DNA of 63,995 nucleotides, filler included, from Porpidia crustulata (lineage: Eukaryota): assembly GCA_964255105.1 (NCBI GenBank). It is 7 parts of 7 records of this genome, joined end to end, with 100 filler letters (N's around TTAATTAATTAA, not from the genome) between each part and the next. Parts side by side here need not be neighbours in the genome. Positions count along the whole stretch, not along the records: positions 1 to 9,200 come from CAXUWE010000976.1; positions 9,301 to 18,495 come from CAXUWE010000977.1; 5 more parts are not named here. One strand, 5' to 3'. This document shows, one piece after another, positions 1 to 13,311 of the stretch (position 1 is its first letter; the number at the start of each line of letters is the position of its first letter). The translations under genes were made by a program, and so were the position numbers. The notes beneath the pieces are model-generated. The model was not told the origin of the DNA. It did no database searches and saw only the letters and a list, made by a program, of their open reading frames with translations.

Positions 1-181
1 GGAGGGAGGAGGAGGGATATTTTATGCCGTTGTGCTATCTTTTATGAATCGCGCTGTGCACGGATTATATGATAGCTTACATAAGGATAGCCGAGGCTCT
101 TTGAAGTCAGGAGTTCTACTCTGGAGTGCCCATCTTGCTTGAAAAGTATTCATAATAATTCTTGTTGGATGGTTTGTCTCT

Positions 182-1876
182 ATGCTCTATATCCTTACTC
201 AAACGCTCTTTGTCCTTCTTCCGCTGTCTTTAATCTCAACAACTTACCTGTACTCTTATCCGGTCTTTCATAATTGTGCATTCCCATTACCCGGTGTACC
301 TGCAGATACTTCGTCATGGAGCAGATTCAAATCATTCACATACAACAGAAGTTCGCCCATACCAGATCCGGCACCTTTTCGTCTCTTGGCTCTAGGAGAT
401 CCGCAGCTGGAAGGCGACTCCTCGCTACTTAACCTTGAAGGCGGATACTTTCCAAGCGTTCATGAATTATGGTCCAACCTACAGGACGCACACACTACAA
501 ACGAGTGTATCCAGGTGATTCGGAGTCTTACGCGCGGTCTAATTCTCCCCGACGTCCTCCGGATCCTGCAATCGTGGAGGAAGAGATTGGACTTGGTGGG
601 GAATGACTATTATCTTGCTCATATATACCGTACGATGTACCGATATACACGGCCGACCCATACAACAGTACTCGGGGACTTGTTAGGTAGCCAATGGGTC
701 AGCGACAAGGAATTTGAAAATAGAGGATGGCGATTCTGGAACAGGGTCTTCAAAGATGGAGAAAGGGTGAAGGACGAAGTGACTGGGGCAATACACGTGG
801 GAAAACTGGTTCAGGACAATAGCTGGGAAAGGCGCATAATCAACATTGCTGGTAACCATGATATTGGATATGCAGGCGACATGTCTGCGGAACGAATCGG
901 GAGGTTTGAAAGGGTTTTTGGCCGTGCGAATTGGGAGACCCGGTTTACATTAGCTCAGAACCACACCGTTGGGTTGGAATGCCTGGATATCGCCAGTTCG
1001 CAGGAGCTTAGAATCATGGTTTTGAATTCGCTCAACCTCGATACGCCAGCCCTCGATACAGACCTGCAACGAGCAACATATCAATTCATTAACGATGCGA
1101 TCGGCGCTTCTTGCCCTGTCGAAGATCGGACTACCGCTACCGTCCTACTTACCCATCTACCGCTCCCAAAGGACAAAGGTTTGTGCGTTGATGGCCCTCA
1201 CTTTGATTTTTACTCTGAAGAGGAAGGAGGCGGACTGAAAGAGCAAAACCACCTGAGCTACAATGCCGGCAAGGGGATACTGGAAGGTATCTTTGGCATG
1301 AGTGGTAATATTGACGCTCCTGGTAATGGCTTTGGTCGCAACGGCATTATCCTGACAGGGCACGATCATGAAGGCTGCGACGTCTACCACCATCTGCCTC
1401 ACGATGAAAACCAGGAAGCTAGAGTATGGAAAGCTGAACGATGGAGTAACGCTGGTTCAATTAGAAATGAGACTATCCCAGGTTTGCGTGAAATCACAGT
1501 GCGCAGCATGATGGGCGAATTTGGCGGGAATGCTGGGCTGTTGAGCGCCTGGTTCGATGAAGACACACGGGAATGGCAATTTAGTTATTCAACGTGCTCT
1601 CTTGGTGTTCAGCACATATGGTGGTCAGTGCACATCCTGGATATGGCTGTTATCGTACTCATCTTGGCTGCTGCTTGGCCGTGGATTCGGTCTCTTCGTA
1701 TGGCTGACAGGGTAGGAGAATCGGTCAATGGGATGGTTGGGAATAGTGAGGGGACTAGGGGCCCTGTAAAGACGTGTGAACCCAGCGACAGCAACAGAAT
1801 GAATATCAAGATTGGGTCTCATGATTTGGAAATCCCCACAATTGGACATGCGAGGAGACGGCAGCATCGACAATGA
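182..1876 (+). CDS. TED1: Calcineurin-like metallophosphoesterase, Ted1/PGAP5 (MPPE1) family, GPI-anchor remodelling
   Basis: Single 564-aa ORF. Metallophosphoesterase motifs GDPQ, GDLLGSQW, GNHDIG, THLPL and GHDH. Hydrophobic N-terminal anchor and C-terminal TM segment. Confidence 0.8.
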   Translation: MLYILTQTLFVLLPLSLISTTYLYSYPVFHNCAFPLPGVPADTSSWSRFKSFTYNRSSPIPDPAPFRLLALGDPQLEGDSSLLNLEGGYFPSVHELWSNLQDAHTTNECIQVIRSLTRGLILPDVLRILQSWRKRLDLVGNDYYLAHIYRTMYRYTRPTHTTVLGDLLGSQWVSDKEFENRGWRFWNRVFKDGERVKDEVTGAIHVGKLVQDNSWERRIINIAGNHDIGYAGDMSAERIGRFERVFGRANWETRFTLAQNHTVGLECLDIASSQELRIMVLNSLNLDTPALDTDLQRATYQFINDAIGASCPVEDRTTATVLLTHLPLPKDKGLCVDGPHFDFYSEEEGGGLKEQNHLSYNAGKGILEGIFGMSGNIDAPGNGFGRNGIILTGHDHEGCDVYHHLPHDENQEARVWKAERWSNAGSIRNETIPGLREITVRSMMGEFGGNAGLLSAWFDEDTREWQFSYSTCSLGVQHIWWSVHILDMAVIVLILAAAWPWIRSLRMADRVGESVNGMVGNSEGTRGPVKTCEPSDSNRMNIKIGSHDLEIPTIGHARRRQHRQ

Positions 1877-2508
1877 GAAGGCAATCTAGCGCAGGAAGGC
1901 AAAGATTAAGGCAATTTTTTAAGCCTCCAAAAGGCGACTAGGGATTTCCTCATCCGCAGGCTTGTGTGACAAATAACGCTGACCGCCTCCTCTACACCGG
2001 AAGACCATAGAACTTGTGTGCCGTCTCACGCCTCACTTTTTGGAGAAGGAGGTAAACAAGGATCTACGCACCAGGGTATAAATTCGAGCCTAGCTGCGTG
2101 CGGAACCAGGCTGCGAAATAGATGCTCGTTGCTAAAGTACAAGAGTCAACATCCAGACAATCGGCCATGCTATTTGGTTCCTGGATTGATGAAAATGCAT
2201 CGATTCCCGGCAGTGCTGACCCTGTTCTACTGTGATCGTTTTTGCAAATGTGATTGAAAATCTATCTACTTTCGGTCAACTAGCGGTACCTTAAAACCAG
2301 GGTTTGGTTTTCGCTTCTGCAGCCTCAAAGTTGGGAACGGGGCGCAATCTAAACTGACGCCAGTGCGAAGGTTCCATCTTCTCGGGTCCGCACCTCAGAT
2401 GACTTTGACTCTTATCCAACCTGTCTCGCCTGTCAGTCTTATCCTGTCCGTGCCTGCAACATCGACGCTCCGATAATAACAGAGGTAAAGGATGCAGCAC
2501 GAGCAAGT

Positions 2509-3471
2509 ATGGTGGATCCTATCCCTGCAGAACAATGGGAACAGCATAAGAAGGAGATTCTTCGTCTCTACATTGACGAAGATCTGCCACTGAGACACGT
2601 CATGAAACGTGTTTGTACTCGAAATTTCCATCCTGAGTACGTAATTCTTATCCCGGAAGAGACGTGGATGACTGAACCCATTCAAGTGAATCTCAATACC
2701 GTTCAAAACTCAAAACATGGAGGCAACGGAAAGCGAGGAAATCGTACAGAATTGCCAAGAATGCAGAATCAGCAGGTGGCTTAACTTTCGGCACCGACGC
2801 TGCATCAAGTCTTTCCAACATCAACAGCGAGTCTTTGAATTCGAGGCCTTCGGTCAATCGTATCTCTGAGTAAGTATCTCTACTCTTGAACTGTAGACTC
2901 AGAGCTAATGCTGGCGCAGGTCTACACCAACATCCGCCCTTCTTTGTGAACCATGGGCTCCAAGGTCAGCTAGTGATTTTCGAGCGTTTCTATGTATACG
3001 CTGATGGTAGTCAGCGGAGAGCATCGACATGAAGCGCCTGAATTAGCCTTTGATCATTCATTCATGGAGCGTTCTCAATGGAATGCCGTACCGAGCCACT
3101 TTCAACCCCCAGGCGTTGTCGGAGTAACAACACAGGATCCACATCCTGAATTGGCGTACGCTGATCGACAATACTTTCCCGTTGATGAAGTCCGCAAGTC
3201 TGGCGGTGAACTCTCACAAGGCAATGGTGGTCAGTCTCGAGTGGAACGCGCAATACGCCAAAGGACGTCCAATCCTCCTAGCAAAGATGCACCCCCTGCA
3301 CGTATAGAGTATCCGTATGAAACTGGCTCGGGCTTTCCTGGGCAGCTCAGCTCAGTATCAGAATGCGCATTGAGTATCAATCGCGCCTCCTACAATATCC
3401 ACTGGCTGGCCCCGGTCCCGATTTCGGGCTGTGGCAGTGAATGCGATAAAGATCTCGATATCAGTGCTTGA
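2509..3471 (+). CDS. Clr5-domain protein (spliced, about 4 exons)
   Basis: Exon 1 WEQHKKEILRLYIDEDLPLRHVMK, joined across a GTACGT..CAAG intron to ESQYRSKLKTWRQRK, matches the fungal Clr5 domain pattern. Further GT-AG introns near 2870-2919 and 2964-3010 join it to ORF 2992-3471. Confidence 0.65.
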
Positions 3472-3804
3472 TTGTACAATTCTCCTTACATATGCCGAGT
3501 CTCCTTGCTTGTCGAAATCTGAGGTGATGGTATTGTGGCTACCTCCAACATTTCGGGGCCTTTCTGAACAGAAAGGAGAGAGTCTAGCATTGGTGGGCAT
3601 CCTACTATATATTACTCACGCAATCCCTCTATAGAATATGATATTGTAATTGAAAACTTGACATTGCATCCCATTATTGCCATACTCGAGCACCGCGCTG
3701 GAATGCAGATTATACGATTAGTAAGCGACGTCGCTAATGTTTCTTGGGCTTAGGGCTGCAATCCACATGAACAATTGTCTTCTTTATGACTCCTCGAAGA
3801 ATCC

Positions 3805-6370
3805 ATGACTCTCTCGAAATCTCCTCTACACAATCTGATACTCAGAATTTGCAAGCCTTCCAAACATAAATTTTCAAGATACTCATGTAGAATGGCGACC
3901 ACCATCACACAACCTTCCTGGCATCAGCCATTCCTTTCTGCCACTTCAAAGTCTCACATACCTGCTCTGAAATTATGGAATTCTTTAACGCGCACCAAGA
4001 CGCCTTTCATTCCTCTCGATCCTGAAGGACGGAAGATTACGTGGTATGCTTGTGGGCCGACGGTCTACGACGACTCGCATCTCGGACACGCTCGAAATTA
4101 TGTCACCACGGATATTCTTCGCCGTTTACTGCGAGATTACTTCAAATTTGATGTCCGATTTGTTATGAATATAACAGATGTAGACGATAAGGTAGACTTG
4201 ATGTCGATGAATTATTTGGTTGCCGGCTGAGATTTCCTAGATCATTGTTAGAGGCCGGCAACAATATCTTTATTCCAAATTCGTAGTCGAGCATCCCATA
4301 ATTGACGATGATGTCTTACACACCGTGAAACTGGCATGCATAGCTTATATAAAGAAGAATCTACCTTTGATAAGTGCCGATATTCCGCATGCACGCTTTC
4401 AACGAGAAGCCGAGAAGGCATATGCGACTATTCTAAGTGGCGGATTGCTTGAAGGGAGCAAGAAGCCTGGGGACAAGGAAGCCAAGATTCCGATGCACAT
4501 CAAAACGGTGTCATTAGCAAGCAAAGTACTAGACGATACAATCCCGCTATCAGGAAATGTCTCTGCAGAAGCTTTCTATGCAAGCCCTATACAGGATGTC
4601 TTACTCTTCTACTTTGATATGCTGCACGGCTCATCTATTGATGGGGACGATCATTCTATCTTCACCAATCTCACTAAAAGGTTCGAGGATCGGTTCATGC
4701 AAGATGTTCGAGATCTCAACGTGCTTGATCCGGATGAGGTGACCAGGGTTACGGAGTATGGGCCACAAATCATTGACTTCGTCGACAAGGTTGTTCAGAA
4801 TCGATTCGCATACACTACATCAGATGGCTCGGTGTATTTTGACATTGAGGCATTTGAGAATGCGGGCAACACTTACACGCGGCTAGAACCCTGGAATCGT
4901 AGCAATCAGCCTCTTTTGGCAGATGCCGAGGGGTCTTTGACAGACAAGTGGCCTGAAAAACGGTCGCAAACCGACTTTGCCTTATGGAAAGCCTCACGGC
5001 CTGGAGAACCCAGCTGGCCAAGTCCTTGGGGTAGGGGCAGGCCTGGTTGGCATATTGAATGCTCAGCTATGGCATCGGACAGGCTAGGTAAGCAGATTGA
5101 TATACATTCAGGCGGAATTGATCTTGCATTTCCTCACCACGATAATGAGCTTGCTCAAAGCGAGGCTTTTTGGTACAAAGACGATGGGAATAACTCGCAG
5201 TGGGTCAACTATTTTCTGCACATTGGACATTTATCAATATCTGGAGCGAAAATGTCGAAATCTTTGAAGAATTTTACAACCATCAGGGAAGCTCTTACCA
5301 GGGGGACATGGACCGCAAGAAGTCTGAGAATCATTTTCCTACTTGGTGGATGGCGCGAGGGCGTAGAAATAACTGAAGGTCTTGTTGAGACCGGGAATGC
5401 CTGGGAAGAAAAGGTGAACAACTTCTTCCTGAATACGAAGGCATTTGTGCTGCCGGAAGACGCCATTTCAAACTCCAATAGTGTGCTTACCATGGCGCTC
5501 AGAAAGGCGCAAGCTGCTGTTAAGGAGGCTCTACTTGACTCGTTCAACACCCCCAAAGCGATGAGTGCGTTATCAGAGCTGGTGTCCGACTACAATAATA
5601 TGGACAAATCAGAACTAAATCCGCAAGAAATTAGGACCACGGCACTATGGGTGACTTCCATGGTCAATATCTTTGGTCTCAATGGTGTAGCTTCACCCAA
5701 TAGTATGGATATTGGCTGGGAAGGAATTGATATTCTGGAGGTTGCTAAACAATATGTCTATCCTTTGTCTACAATGAGAGATTCGCTTCGAGAAATTGCC
5801 AGATCAAAAGATGGGTTGAACGTTGAAAAGCTGAAGCAAATTGACAAAGCTAAGGAAACTGCCGAAGAAGAGCCTTCAGATTCGGCAAAGCCTTACGCAA
5901 ATCTTCTTTCCAATTTCCGAAAAGATGTACGCGCTCTTGAAGGATCAGCGAATCAGTCTCAAGATATAATGGTTCTTTGCGATCGCGTACGTGACATTGA
6001 TCTCTTCGATCTTGGCATTTACCTTGAGGACAGAGAGAATCAGTCTGCTCTAGTTCGGCCCGTATCCAAAGACCTCATCCAAGCCCGCGAAGAGAAAACA
6101 AAGCGAGCCGCACAAAAACAGCTGGAGAAGGAGAAAAGAGAGCAAGAGTCATTGCAGAAGGCAGAGAAAGGCAAGCTCAGTCATCTAGACATGTTCAAGA
6201 CAAGCGAATTCAGTGCATGGGACGACGACGGTCTGCCGTTGAAAGATGCAGCCGGGGAAGAGCTCACGAAGAGTCGGACGAAAAAGCTGCGGAAGGATTG
6301 GGAGCGGCAGAAGAAATTGCATGAAACATGGTTAGCTAGCAATCCAGCACCATTGACGGCAAAGCCTTGA
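3805..6370 (+). CDS. CRS1: Cysteinyl-tRNA synthetase (class I); two in-frame ATGs at 3805 and 3892; one intron at about 4192-4240
   Basis: [17 protein letters not shown] (HIGH-type motif), NITDVDDK^[37 protein letters not shown] and KMSKS. Confidence 0.95.
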
Positions 6371-7193
6371 GTCGTATGACAAATTGCATTCACAACAGTC
6401 AGATTACTCCCTAAACTGTAAGAAGCACGGTTTACTTGATGATTCCAGACGGCCTGGGCCGATCAGAACGGCCTCTTACGCCTCGAGAACTCCATTGATT
6501 ACGGCTATGTGTGCGTCTATACAATTCTTGACGCACACGCTTCGCAAACGATGTGAGGCAAAGGATTAACCGACTTGAAGATGCAGGGACTCGGCTGTAA
6601 AGTCCTACACCCACTCCGCCATTTCAGTGCGCTCTCTGCGCTCCGGTCGACTTGATCTAGTCTCTACGCTTATTAGAATAGGGGTGCTTGACAGTACAAA
6701 CACAATTGAGAAAAGGAGAGCATGGTCAAGCATTCAAACATGGCCTTCTAGATGTGTATACAGAATCCCTACGAGCACGGAAGTGGAAAGGGATAGAAGG
6801 GGTGGTGGCGGTAGCAGCATGTTATTCATGCGTCCATCATTTACATATTTCACGTTGGATATCATGCCTACTCTGCTGTATTTGCCAACTTCAATCGACA
6901 TGTGACGTCAACCCAGCGTACGACGGCAGGACACCTCGCAGCACTCCTTTATCTTATATAATAAGTGAATTGCCCTAATTCATCCATGATGTCCCTGGCT
7001 AGAGATTAGGTCCCCCGCATCCACTCGTTTCGAGCGTATTGTTCTGTCCTCTCTCCAGCTGCTCTAGGAATGTCACAATCCTGCTTCATAGATTCCTTAC
7101 CTCCTTTAGTAGCTTACGAAATTTCGATCGGTCTTCATCATCAGCTACTGTATAGCTCTCCCTACCTATACTCTACTAGTCGTGACAAGCAAA

Positions 7194-8953
7194 ATGTCAT
7201 CAAATCCAAAAATCACCAAGCATGCCAAATTCGGCCATCTTCCGTTATCTACATCAGGACCTGAAGAATGCGCTTTGACCGTAAGACCCATGTTTCAATT
7301 CTTCTCAAAACTTCAGACTGCACCATGAAACATATTCCGCTGATCATGACTAAGGGGACAGCTCTCCTAGCATCGCCATATCATAACCATCGACAGATTC
7401 TAGGCATAGGCGATCAAGGAGTACGAGGTATCTTAATCTCCATAGCCAAACTCGTCATTACTACATTATGTGCGGGCATTCATCCTGCGTGAACTCTTCC
7501 AGTCGTATTGGATTGCGGCACAGATGTATGTCGAGTTGCCGGAATAACACATATGCAAAGATACTGACCTAGATCTAGAACGAAGAACTGCTAAAAGACG
7601 AGCTCTACCTTGGTCTCCGCAAGCCTCGCGTTCGTGGGAAACGGTACGATGATTTCGTTGACACTTTTGTCAAAGCGGCGCGGAAGCACTACCCACGAGC
7701 CTACATCCACTTGTGAGTCCTCACCCAACAAAAACATCAATCTCATTTCCTGACACCCAGCAGCGGAGACTTTGGCTTGCTCAGTGCCAAGAATCCTCGA
7801 CAAGTACAGTCCGGAAATCGCTTGCTTCAATGACGATGTCCTAGGCACGGGCTGCATCGCCCTGGCGGCCATCATGGCCGGTTTGCGTGTCAGTAAATTA
7901 TCCATCAAAGATATGAGGATGGTCGTCTTCGGATCTGGATCGGCGGGCACCGGAATTGCAGATCAGGTGGTAGGAGCCATGGCCGCCAAGAGCGGCAAGT
8001 CTAGGGAGGAGGCTGCGAAACAGATCTGGTAAGCTATCACGCCCAATCCATAAAAGAGGCTCTGAGTCAATATACTGCTAGGTGTGTTGACAAGCCGGGG
8101 CTTCTGCTCAAATCCCAAGGGAACAAATTGACTCCAGGTCAAACTCCGTACGCACGTGAAGATACCGAGTGGCAAGGGGATGGCAAAGATCTTCTGGCAG
8201 TGGTCAAGGAAGTGCAACCGCATGTGCTGATCGGTACATCTACGAAGCCGAGATCGTTTACAGAGGAGGTTGTCCGAGAAATGGCAAAGCATGTCGAGAG
8301 ACCCATTATAATGCCCTTGAGCAATCCTACAAGGCTTCATGAGGCTGTTCCAGAGGACATGGACAAACGGTGCGGCGTTGGTGTGTACTGGTAGCCCGTT
8401 TCCGCCGGTCGAATATAATGGGCAGACGTATGAAGTTGGTAGGTCAAGTTCTCTGGCATGTCAAATATACGGGAGGAAGGGTCCATGTAAAGTTCTGCCT
8501 CGAGACTGCGCGCTTTCTTCGAAGAATAAAATCAGCATTCGCTAATGTCCTAAAGCCGAATGCAACAACTCAACCGCCTTCCCTAGCATCGGTCTCGGCG
8601 CCGTTCTCTCCCGCACCCGCCTGTTGACCCCCACCATGCTCGTCGCAGCCGTCAAAGCCCTCTCTTCCCAGTCCCCCTGCCTTGAGGATCCACGAGCCGG
8701 CCTCGTTCCCGACGTCACCAACGTCAGAGAGATCAGCGTCCGCATCGCCTCAGCAGTGATCAAACAGTCGATTACGGAGGGCTTGGCAACGGAGAAAGAA
8801 ATCCCCGAGGACGACAAGGAGTTGGAAGAGTGGGTCAGGGAGCAGATGTGGGAGCCACGGTACAGACCGCTGGTGAGGGTAGGGAAGGAGCAGGCGAGCG
8901 CGCACAGGAGGGGAGAAGCGGGGGTGAAGAGCGGGAAGAGGGAAGCGAAGTAG
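7194..8953 (+). pseudogene. NAD-dependent malic enzyme pseudogene
   Basis: Recognisable motifs ILGIGDQG, LPVVLDCGTD, FNDD, GSGSAGTG, LIGTST, PLSNPT, GSPF and ECNN. Lesions: most of the N-terminal domain is missing near 7390, TGA at 7490-7492, frameshifts near 7790 and 8359, and conserved EDF changed to GDF. Confidence 0.85.
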
Positions 8954-9200
8954 AGCGTGGAAAGCTTGTAGGACCGCTTGGAGTCATGCCCATGTAGAAT
9001 ATCTCGGATGGAGCAAAGGGCATGAACTATGATAGCCCGATTCTGATCTTGCAAACATTCGTGTGACCTACTTGGTGAAGCAGGTCCCGAGCAGCCTCCC
9101 GTTGGTAGCAACGCATCACGCGTTTCCTATCACGGGAACTTCATGTTGATGACCTCGTGGGACCTAGATGGGGGGAGAGGGGCTGCTGTGTATGCTGCGG

Positions 9201-9300
9201 NNNNNNNNNNNNNNNNNNNNNNNNNNNNNNNNNNNNNNNNNNNNTTAATTAATTAANNNNNNNNNNNNNNNNNNNNNNNNNNNNNNNNNNNNNNNNNNNN
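9201..9300. other. Artificial contig linker N44-TTAATTAATTAA-N44
   Basis: Identical 100-nt spacer with stops in all six frames, present six times in the window. Confidence 0.98.
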
Positions 9301-10948
9301 CCATTTCCCTACCTCCCTGTACGCGACCTGGCAGATATCATGTATTACTACTTTATTTGCTTCATCTTCCTGACTAGAGACTGGAGCATTGTCGTTTCTG
9401 ACGCTCGCGAAGATCTGGGTCCGGCAACGTTTGCCGCTTTGCGATACGAATGGAAAAGGGATGCTCCAGAAAGTAGAGATCGAGAAGCGGTAAAAGGTGG
9501 AGTCGGATGGTCTCCGTTGTTTCAATCACGTACTTGTTTTCTTCTCTTCATGTATGTATATGTGTAAGAAATGTGAGATGGATAAAGAACGAGAGCGGCT
9601 TTCTCGATAGAGAGGAAAGCGGCGCCGGCTCTATGGTGTTGGAAAATCATGCCCGATGGCTCGGATCGAAGACAGTGTATGGAAAGACAAGGGGCCGGAA
9701 TTTGAAAGTAAATTGGGAGTATGGGATGGACAGGCTGTCATCGCAATAATGCAGTGGTAGATCCTATGCAATTCACCACTATAACGGCGACTCACATCAT
9801 TTCCTCCGTAGCATCGGTGCCGTTGTGCCATCAACAAGGCCGACTCGATCTATACCCTCATTATTGCAACAGAGCATTCACGTTTGATCGGAGCTATAAT
9901 CCACTGCGTGGAGGCTTCACTATCAACTAATAAGAAGACCTCTTGACGTTTTGCCGAAAATGTTCAACTCTGATTTAAAGTTATGGAATCTGATGTTCTT
10001 ACCAAGATATTGCAAATGCAGAAGCGAGACACTCGAACCTCCAAACCTCCCTTCAGAATATCAAACTTTTAATATATCAAATAATCATCTCTGCTCGTAT
10101 ACATCAAAACCACCATCACTCTCGATCAACTTTCCGGGATACGCCCCGAATCTACACTTGTTCCTCCGCCTCAAAATAGGTCAAACGCTCTCGACTCTCG
10201 ATTTCCATGTCTACTGTATCCGCACGTTCAGTGCAAAAGCTCGTGATTGACTTTGAAATGGTTTCGATTGCCGCGGCCGAACACGTTTCGAGGCAACATT
10301 TGGAACCGCTAGATTTGACTCTTATCGATAAAGCAGTTCTTCAGATTACAGTAGACAATGTGGGCGACGGCAGTCACAGGATACACTTTGGCGCTCGACA
10401 AAGAATGAAAACATCGAACAGATAGGGTTGTAGTAGTACAGTGTGTGTACCTCAGCGCAACGTTCTGAATCCGCATGCTGATCCTGTTGCAGTTCCATGT
10501 CTCATCTCCAGTGGACTTTATACTTTTAAGCACTTTCTCACCCATCCCTTGCTCTAAACACTCGAGAATTCTGTACTCATTTTTTCAGGCGCTGTGTGTT
10601 TCAAGCCCTAAACTGTCAATGGTGGCCCGTTTCGAAATCTCGCTGATTTATTTGGAATAAATCGGTCGACTTTGATCTTTCACCGCGGCTACTAGGAAGA
10701 GACTATTCAACGCGGGGGCTGTACGAAGAATTGAACGTATCTAGAATTGACTTGACGAGATAAGACGAATCAAAAGCTCTGTCGAGGCCTTCATCTGTTG
10801 AGAAGTCTTAAAGCCTATTTAGCTGCGCATGGAATCCTATGGGAAGTGGTGAAGTCTAGACAGCAGAAAAGCAATAAGGGCAGCTCAAGTCGAAACAGAA
10901 AATTTTCATTTCAGACTTCTACCTGCTGCGTCTCTGCACTGCCCGATA

Positions 10949-11018
10949 GTGCTCCCACATGCTCCTTCAATGCTCCCGCGTGCTCCCTCAGTGCTCCCGC
11001 GTGCTCCCTCAGTGTTCC
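10949..11018 (+). repeat. Short tandem repeat, 21-bp unit (GTGCTCCCGCGTGCTCCCTCA) x ~3.3
   Basis: Directly visible. The unit itself consists of two GTGCTCCC sub-repeats. Confidence 0.8.
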
Positions 11019-11254
11019 GTCTAAAGCGGCCATGCTCCCTTTCCCGTCCCGGAAGGGTGATTGGCAATCCTAAGTTCGGGGTGTATGTAATGTGTATATA
11101 TCCTGTGGTCTGTCGTATTCCTCCTTCGATTTCTTAAGTATTGCTGGGGTCGAAACGTCCGTCTCAAACAGACACCTTCGACCCAGACTCCCGAACACTG
11201 TTTCTGAAACGTCTAGCGAGACCACTTTCCTTCTTATGAATCAAACCGCTGCTA

Positions 11255-13311
11255 TTAGGACGTTGGAGTATCCTGATGCTTCCTCTTTTCCTTCCACGAC
11301 AATTCTTTCCTCTCCCGCAGCTCTTGACAGAATTTACTATTCGCCCGGATTCGATCGCCATACCGTATGAATGCAAATGGTATAATGGTCATCGCAAGAC
11401 TCAAAAATCCGAGCAAAGTGCTAGTCCAAGGAACACCAAGACTATTGTACATCGGTGCTCCAGCCAATGGCAAGAGAGCGCCGAATACACTCCTACAGCA
11501 GCTCGTCGCTGCCATGGCACTCGCAGCAAAGAGTTCGTATGCGTCTGTCAAATAATTAAGCAAGGCCATAAAGATTAACACGAAGCCTATTCCAAATGGA
11601 AGTCCTGCTAGCATTGGAACAATCCAATGGATGTGTGGTGAAGAAGTCCAGCCAAGCCAAAAGAGCGAGATCACATAGAGGGGACCGCCGATGCAAGCCA
11701 ATGGTAAACGGCGGTACTCCTCAATAAACGACCAAGGGGAGTTGGCCTTCTTTGCACGCTGCAAAACCGAGTCGTAGTACAGAAATATCCCGAGTGCAAA
11801 AAGGGAGCCAATGCCAACTTCAATCGTGTTAGTGGCAACCTCACAGTACGAGCGAATCGTGCCTACTTGGAATAAACGCTAAACCAGAGATCCCAGTATT
11901 CATATGGTGCATGCCTTTCTCATCGTCAGCCTAAAATCTCGCGCCTCGGCTCTCGACAGACAAACCTTGAAAGATCAAAGGATAGGCCGTGAAGAACAGA
12001 TCTACGGGATTCCTTCATTAGAAATCAAAAAGGCCGAGCCGAGAAGCGTGAAGCTTACAGAAGATCGCATAAGCTAAGGATAGGTATGCACACGTGAAAA
12101 GTACTATGGCCTCAAATGCAATCATACGCAGAGGCCTCGTCAAGGTAACAGTCATCATTTGACGAACTCCTTTTTTCTCAAGCTCAATTGGTGCGAAAAG
12201 ATTCGCATTACCCGTCTCTTTCCGCATTTTCTGGGCTCGCTTTTTGAGGATGGTAGGACCATATGTTTCAGGAAGAAATATCATGAGTATCAACGAGGCT
12301 CCAGCGACGACAAGTCCCACCCAGAATGTCCACCTCCAAGTGATAACAGAGACGAAACCTGATATTGTAGGTGCTAATTGCGGGCCAAAGGTTATCGCCT
12401 GGCCGCTTTTAGCATGTTAATCTTCCAAGACTGTCCAAATAAAACTTACTGCCATAAAAACAGCCATGGCCCGACCTCTTGTGACAGGGTCATTGTATAT
12501 ATCGGCGTAGATCCCTCCAACAACTGCGATCGGACTGGAAGCGTTGATTCCACAAATGAGACGAAATACTAGAAATGACGGCCAATTGCGGGCCACAGCG
12601 CATGCCAGAGTGAAAAGGGCGAAAATAACAAAGCTCGACACCATTATCATCTTTCTCCCGTAAGTTTCACTCAATGGTCCAAAGACCAAAGGACCAAGAA
12701 CATAACCGACCAGAAACAACGATATCGGTAGCACTCGTTGTTGTGGGTTTATTACATTAAAGTAAGGCGCGAGGTAGGTAATGGCACCACTTGGCAACGA
12801 CGACCCTAACGTACTGTTGATCACTGCTACAATTCCTACGACAACAATGAAGATTTTTCGCCCCTTCCAAGATGTCAGATAAGCAGGGAAAACGTGGACT
12901 GTACAGGCCTACCGTGGACCAATTCACTGGGTTTTCAGGATCATTATGCGTGAACGACACCATGACCCGGGCCTGATATTCCGTGCTTGGCTGTCTATTA
13001 TCCGCTTCCTCAATTCGAAAGCGTTCCTCGACATCGTTTGTGTCGACTCGGACGAGTGCAGAATTCAGTCGTTGAAGGAGAGAAGGACCTGCGAGTTAGT
13101 CAGAATACATTGGCTATTTCAATGAACATGCCATACCATTCCAAGACATTTCCGAGTCTCTTTTCTGAGGCTTTCCCCTCGTACTTTGTTCAATAGTGTG
13201 TTGGGGTGTGCTCGTGTGGTTCGTGTTCAATGGGAGGTCCTGGGCCTCTATAAATTTAGCATACGCTTGTGATATCTGGCGTCTTGTACGGACCATTAGT
13301 GGTCGCTGCAT
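11255..13311 (-). CDS. MFS drug:H+ antiporter, DHA1 family (multi-exon)
   Basis: DPENPVNWS, GPLVFGPLSETYGRK, LPETYGPTIL, EEYRRLP and NYLTDAYELFAASAMAA motifs across ORFs 12757-12963, 12417-12824, 12018-12320 and 11255-11764, linked by GT-AG introns. Start codon is approximate. Confidence 0.88.

Noticed and set aside
9245..9256. Palindromic TTAATTAATTAA recurring about every 9.27 kb as a biological repeat or PacI-like site array
   Set aside because: It is always centred in N44..N44 and has stops in six frames, so it is an artificial contig spacer.
10949..11018. Short direct repeats as a CRISPR-like array
   Set aside because: Contiguous tandem units with no unique spacers, in a eukaryotic context.
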